This document shows, one piece after another, positions 45,391-64,000 of a stretch of DNA of 64,000 nt. Position 1 is the stretch's first letter. Each line of letters begins with the position of its first letter. The DNA is from Flavobacteriales bacterium (GTDB lineage: Bacteria > Bacteroidota > Bacteroidia > Flavobacteriales_F > PHOS-HE28): contig JADJRW010000012.1 in NCBI GenBank assembly GCA_016712025.1, positions 95,941 through 159,940 of the forward strand, read 5' to 3'. The translations under genes were made by a program, and so were the position numbers. The notes beneath the pieces were generated by a model, which was given only the letters and a program-made list of their open reading frames with translations, did not search any database and was not told where the DNA came from.

Positions 45391-46936
45391 ATGAAACCGA
45401 GCACTGAACTGCACGACCTCGTAACGTCGCTCACCAAGAGCGAGAAGCGGTTCTTCAAGTTGCACTCCACGCTGCAATCCGGCGACAAGAACTACCTGCG
45501 GATCTTCGACGCGATCGACAAGCAGAAGGTCTACGACGAAGAAACGCTGAAGAAGCTCTTTGCCAAGGAGACCTTCATCAAGCACTTTCCTTCGGAGAAG
45601 AACCATTTGTACAAGCTGATCCTGAAAGCCCTTCGCGCCTACCATGCGGAGGGCACTATCAGCGGGATCCTGAAGCAGGAGATCAAGAACATCGAGATCC
45701 TTTACGACAAGGCGCTCTACAAAGAGTGCAACAAGCTGCTCCACCGTGCCAAGCGCATCGCTCTGGAGAACGAGAAGTTCTACTACCTCTTCGAGCTGCT
45801 CAACTGGGAGAAGATGCTGTTGGAAGAGGCCTACGAGAGCGGGGAGTTCACCAAGGACCTGGACGCGCTGATCGAGGAGGAGAGCGACGTGATCGAGAAA
45901 CTGCGCAACCTGGCGGCCTACCACATCCTCTACTCCAAGATCAACTATGTGTTCCGCAGTGGCGGTTACGTGCGTAGCGAGGAAGAGCACGCCATGGTGG
46001 AGGAGATCGCCCAGCACCCGCTGATCGTCGGTAAGAACACCGCACTTAGCCACCGCGCGGCGACCATCTGCTTCTATACGCAGGGTTTCTGCGCCTGGGC
46101 CAAGCGCGATTGGCGCACGGCGCTTGACCAAGTTCCTCCGGGTGAAGGAGATCCTGGACCGGGAGACACTGCTGAAACCGGATCTGGCGAAGCGCTATGT
46201 GCGCACGCTGCACTATATCATCAATGCGCAGATCGAACTGGGCGAATACAAAGCCGCTCGTGAGCACATCAAGCTGATGCGATCGCTCTCCGAGCTGCCC
46301 GGTTTCGGTGGCATCCAGATCGGCATGCAGGTCTTCAATGCGAGCTACCTCAGCGAGCTTCGCCTGTTCGACAGGATGGGCGAGCACGCGAAGGCACTAG
46401 AGCTGGTGGATTCCGTGCTCGTGGGTATGGAGGATGAGGGTCCACGGCTCCACAAGGAGCAGGAACTCGAGTTCTGGTTCGCCTTGTCCTGCCTGCATTT
46501 CGGGGCTGGCGAGATGAACAAGGCCTTGTTCTGGCTCAACAAAGTGCTGAACGATCCCGAGCCCACTTTGCGGCAGGACATCTTCACCTACGCCAGGCTC
46601 TTCAACCTGGTGGTACACTACGAGCTAGGTAACTTCGACCTGCTTGAGTACATCGTTCGGAGCACGCATCGCTTTCTAAGCAAGCGGCACCGCGCTGACG
46701 AGATGGAGACCGTGCTGATCGATCATATAAAACGCCTGGCGCGGGCCACACAGATCAACGCCAAACGCGACCTGTTCAAGACGATGCACGACCGCATATC
46801 CGAGTTGATGAAGGATCCCAACGAAAGCCTTGCACTGAAGTACTTCGATTTCATGGCTTGGTGCCGAAGCAAGGTGGAAGGTATCGCCTTCAGCGAAGCG
46901 GTGCGGCAGGAGCACCCGGCGATGGGGAAGGACTAG
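45391..46936 (+). CDS. Conserved-looking all-helical hypothetical protein (~515 aa), one apparent frameshift
   Basis: MKPSTELHDLVTSLTKSEKRFFKL... in ORF 45343..46263. It continues as KFLRVKEILDRETLLKPDLAKRYVRTLHYIINAQIELGEY... in ORF 46124..46936, with the junction around 46100-46130. Confidence 0.55.
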
Positions 46937-46945
46937 GTCCGGAGC

Positions 46946-48838
46946 TCATCGAGCGTTGGTCAGGTCCTTGTCGCCGATCACCATGAACTCCGTGCGACGG
47001 TTCTGCTGGTGGCGTTCTTCATCGCAGGCCACGCCGTCGCGGCATTCGTTGACCGGTTTCTCCTCTCCGAAGCCCTTTGCGCGTATGCGGTCGGGGTCGG
47101 CGCCATGGCGGATCAGAAAATCCACTGCGCTGTTCGCGCGTGCATCGCTGAGCACCAGATTAAAGGTCACCGCCGCGCGCGTCGGTGTGGGAGCTCAGCT
47201 CGAAGCTCAAGTGCGCATTGTCGTTGATGAGGCGCACCACGCGCTCCAATTCCTGGGCGGCATCCGGGCGTATGTCCCATTTGTCGTAGTCGTAGTAGAT
47301 GTTGTTCAGCACGAAGCTCTCGCCCACTTGTGCGCTTTTCAAATGCAGGTCCCGGTGCAATGTGTCGGAACCTAAGAGGCCTTTCGTACTAAGGTCGACA
47401 GTAGTGGCGAGATGGTCCTTTCCTCGGCGCGCAGGACATTAGTCGGTGTTGGCGTTCAGCGAGAATCCGAACCTGCCATCCGGGGCCGGTGAAGCTGGAG
47501 ACATCGTCGCCGATGCCGTCAGCCAACAAGGTCACCGCCGGCGTTCGGCAGGAACAGGCTCCTCATCGAACACCACACCTTCCACATAGAAGATCGGTTC
47601 GTTCGCCCAGAACACATAGACCTGGTCAAGGCTGTCGCGATTGCTGCTCAGATAGCCACCTTCAGTAGTGCTGTCCAACACCATCGAAAAATCATCATGG
47701 GGCGTGTTGATCGGTGCGTTCATGTTCATCGGAGCACTCCAGCGACCTTCTTGCTCGTGTGTTTCGAAGATGTCCAGGCCCCCCATGTTCTCATGGGCCG
47801 TGCTCGAGAAATAGAGCGATGCACCATTGATCACGGGAAGAGTTCATTGCCCGCCGAGTTCACCGGTAGAGCCCAGGTTCTCCGGCTCCGACCAACCCGT
47901 GCCGATGTCCTTGCATCGCCAGATATCCGTGCCACCAAGCCCCGGGCGGTCGCTGGCGAAATAGAGCATCTTGCCGTCCGTGCTCAAGGCCGGGTGGCCG
48001 GTGCTCCAGTATTCCCCGTTGTAGGCGAAGGCCCGCATGTCCGACCATCGGCCGGTGCTGTCCAAGGTGGAACGGAACAGCATCAAGTGGCTCGTATTGC
48101 CAGCGTCCTTTTGCAACTTGCGCTTCACATAGTTGCTGCGTGTGAAGTACAAGGTGCGGCCGTCCGGTGCGAGCACGGCGGGTCCCTCATGGAAGGGGCC
48201 GTTCACCTGGCCCGGCAGGCCTGTGCTTCGGTTCCAGGTCACCACTGTCTTCTTTTCGCTGTAGTAGAGGTCCAGAAAGGAAAGTCCGTTCCAAGGGTTC
48301 GCGCTCGTTCGGGCGACCTGTTCTTCACCTGCCACCAGCAAACCCTTACGATACGGGATGGCGCCGAAGGCCGAAGCAATCCCGGGAAGGTTCAACCGGT
48401 TCACGATGAAGCGACCGCTGTCCGCGTAAAAGGACTTGTAGCCCTGGGTTGATCCTATAGGTCCAACGCCCGCCGGTTCTCGGGGGTCTCTTGCAAGACA
48501 CGCAGAAAGATCGCTGCCGCAGCCTCGGGCTTGCCATTGCCCATCAATACCTCGCCATAGTTCAATGCCGTGTCGCCGGTTATAGGGTGCGATGCATCGG
48601 CCAGAGCATAGTGCTTTTCGGCCGTCAGCAGATCGCTGTGGCGGCGGTGGGCATCAGCCATACGCAGTCGTGCGGGGCGCACCTCGCTGTGGCGTAGCAC
48701 CTTGCCGTAGAAGCGCTCGGCCCGCGGATACTGCATGAGTCCGTATGCCTCATCCTTTCGCAGGTTGTAGCTGGCGCACGAAGAGAGAAGGATCGCCGCA
48801 GCGAAAGGGAGCGATGTGTTCCGAGGGAGCGTCATCAT
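46946..48838 (-). pseudogene. OmpA-family lipoprotein (TPR-like N-region, PD40/TolB-like beta-propeller repeats, carboxypeptidase-regulatory-like segment, OmpA C-terminal domain), broken by at least 9 frame disruptions
   Basis: Lipobox AAAILLSSC. Pieces 48455..48838, 47844..48404, 47532..47834, 47160..47360 and 46946..47170, plus hand-traced fragments LPVNSAGNELFP, LPNAG, VTLLADGIGDDVSSFTGP, DGRFGFSLNANTD, NVLRAE, KDGHLATTVDLSTKG. OmpA motif SSHTDARG...NLVLSDARANSAVDFL...NRRTEF. Confidence 0.8.
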
Positions 48839-49769
48839 CTAGAAGTAGCGAGGTGACTTGATACGGATCGGGTCCTTGCCGAGGTCGATGCCCAGCATCA
48901 CCTCGTGCGATCCTCCATTGAAGCGACGCAGCATCGAGGTGGTCATGTCATAGGCGTAGCCCACGCGGAACATCGGCGTGATCTGGTATTCCAGCATACC
49001 CACGAACGCATCGCCGGTGCGGTACCCTGCTCCGAGCCACAGCTTCTCGCGGAAGAGCACGTTGCAGTTCAGATCGGCCTCGGGCGGCGCATCGGGTTGG
49101 TACTTCACCAGCACCGAGGGCTTGAGATCGAAGTTCTCGTTGAGGTGGAAGACGCGACCGGCGTGGAGATAGAAATGCTGGGTGAAGTAATGGTCCAATG
49201 CACTGGCGGCAGCGGCGCTCACCTGGCCATCGGCCGCATATATGGTGGGAACGGAGAGCCCCACGTAGGTCAGCTCATCGTGCCAGAACACACCGAAACC
49301 GAACTTGCCGACCATGGCGTTCTTGATGCGTTGCTGGTAGACATCGTCGTTCGCGTCCCAATACACCAGTTCGCCGATGTTCGCGGAGTAGACGGAGAGC
49401 CCCGCGCGCAGACCGAAGGCCAGCCGGCTCGTTTCACCGGTGCGGATGCTATAGGCGTAGTGCCCGGAGATGTCCAGATCACGACTTATGCCGATGCGAT
49501 CATGCACGATGGAAAGTCCGAGACCCATGCGGTTGTTCCACAGCGGGCCGTCGATCGCCAGCATGCTGGTCTTCGGTGCGCCATCCATTTGGGTCCACTG
49601 TTCGCGGTGAAGCAGACTGCCGCTCACATAAGGGTGGCTGCCAGCATACGCGGGGTTCAGGAAGAGCCCGTTGAACATGTACTGGCTCACCATCACTTCC
49701 TGCTGGGCCTGCACCACCAGCGCGCACGTAGCGGCCAAAGCGAGCAGGAAGGGGCGGTAGGACGGGCAT
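48839..49769 (-). CDS. PorP/SprF-family type IX secretion system membrane protein (one apparent frameshift in the signal peptide)
   Basis: QYMFNGLFLNPAYAGSHPYVSGSLLHREQWTQMDGAPKT...GLGLSIVHDRIG...HEVMLGIDL. Removing one G from G4 run 49751-49754 restores MPVLPPFLLALAATCALVVQAQQ. Confidence 0.88.
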
Positions 49770-49808
49770 GTTGCTGAGGTAGTTCATGGCGTTGGGTCAT
49801 GGTTGCGT

Positions 49809-63304
<13,496 letters not shown>

Positions 63305-63329
<25 letters not shown>

Positions 63330-63664
63330 TCGGCTTCCCAGTCAGCGGCGTTCAGTGCGAGCGGTATCACGTCCGCTTGATTAGAGCGGTTCTGGAGCAT
63401 CGGAAGAAGGCGGTCCGTGTCGGCTTGGCGCATGGGCCCGGAGGTGGATTCCACCACGAGTATTCCAGCGGGCACACAGGCGAAGGCGATGCGGAACCCA
63501 CCGTCCAGGGCGAGATCCTGGGCCAGCGCATCGCGGGTGGCGGAGGTGAGACCGGTGATCCGGAAGGCGGAGCGGCCGGGGGTCAGGGCGCTGGGCCGAG
63601 CGTGCAGGCCAGCAGGGATCAATCCTGTGATCCACAGGCCCTTAATGCAGGAATTCCGTTCCAT
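63305..63664 (-). CDS. Small hypothetical protein (119 aa) immediately upstream of the adhesin gene and apparently translationally coupled to it
   Basis: Its stop TGA (63305-63307) overlaps ATG 63308-63306 (MSRAMPF... of the adhesin) as ATGA. No family recognised. Confidence 0.45.
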
Positions 63665-63806
63665 GGTCCGTTCGTTCTAGCGCTTCCGGCAGGGAGGAGT
63701 AGTCCCTATGGAAGCGCCCTTTGTACCCGGACGGAAGGGGAAAGGTTATCGACGGGTGGAAGGAACTACCCGATGGAACTCCGGAAAAGAAGGATGGGCC
63801 AGAATC

Positions 63807-64000
63807 TCAGCCCTTCGCCATCCGCGCCCTCAGTACCGCGTGCAGCACGATGCCCGCCGCCACGCTCACATTCAGCGAGCCGATCTGGCCGGCCATGGGG
63901 ATGCGCACTAATTCATCCGCCATGCGCAGCACGCGGTCGTTGATGCCCATGTCCTCCGATCCCATCACCACGACCAGCGGCCCGGTGAGATCGACCTCGG
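63807..64000 (-). CDS. SpoU/TrmH-family rRNA 2'-O-methyltransferase (RlmB-like), C-terminal part; the gene continues beyond the window
   Basis: Hand translation ...EVDLTGPLVVVMGSEDMGINDRVLRMADELVRIPMAGQIGSLNVSVAAGIVLHAVLRARMAKG*. Confidence 0.85.
   Translation of the reverse strand, partial: EVDLTGPLVVVMGSEDMGINDRVLRMADELVRIPMAGQIGSLNVSVAAGIVLHAVLRARMAKG

Overview
GC-rich chromosomal segment of Bacteroidota type. The lineage call rests on TAnnTTTG -7 promoter boxes, T9SS sorting domains, a PorP/SprF gene, a DUF4290-murA pair, and fusA-rpsJ with no tuf between them. Left third (1-23 kb): housekeeping genes, namely a TrmH-family methyltransferase, mutS, tRNA-Gly(GCC), tRNA-Leu(TAA), a GluQRS-like gene, an acyl-CoA desaturase, dnaJ-grpE, murA, a PcrA/UvrD helicase, eno and carA, plus several exported or outer-membrane proteins of unknown function. 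Centre (23.4-41.5 kb, minus strand): a complete str-S10-spc-alpha ribosomal super-operon from rpsL to rplQ, including fusA, secY, map, infA, rpmJ and rpoA. Right third: accessory genes. These are a Fic-family protein whose catalytic His is replaced, a T9SS-secreted M1 peptidase, and a ~13.5-kb giant adhesin. The adhesin has a choice-of-anchor-L N-domain, roughly 50 SprB-type repeats in two length classes and a type-B T9SS C-terminal domain. It is followed by porP/sprF and an ompA-like gene and preceded by a translationally coupled small ORF. Two anomalies stand out. First, a 543-nt tract with only six A/T bases (58595-59137, G runs of 50 and 41 nt) sits inside the adhesin. Second, roughly 30 or more frame disruptions occur, several in indispensable genes (fusA, rpsC, rplQ), mostly at short homopolymers and very unevenly distributed. 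I read both as mainly technical (base-calling or assembly) until read-level evidence says otherwise. I found no CRISPR array, mobile element, rRNA or recognisable defence system, and no convincing novel multi-gene system. The adhesin module and the items listed under findings are the parts worth a second look.
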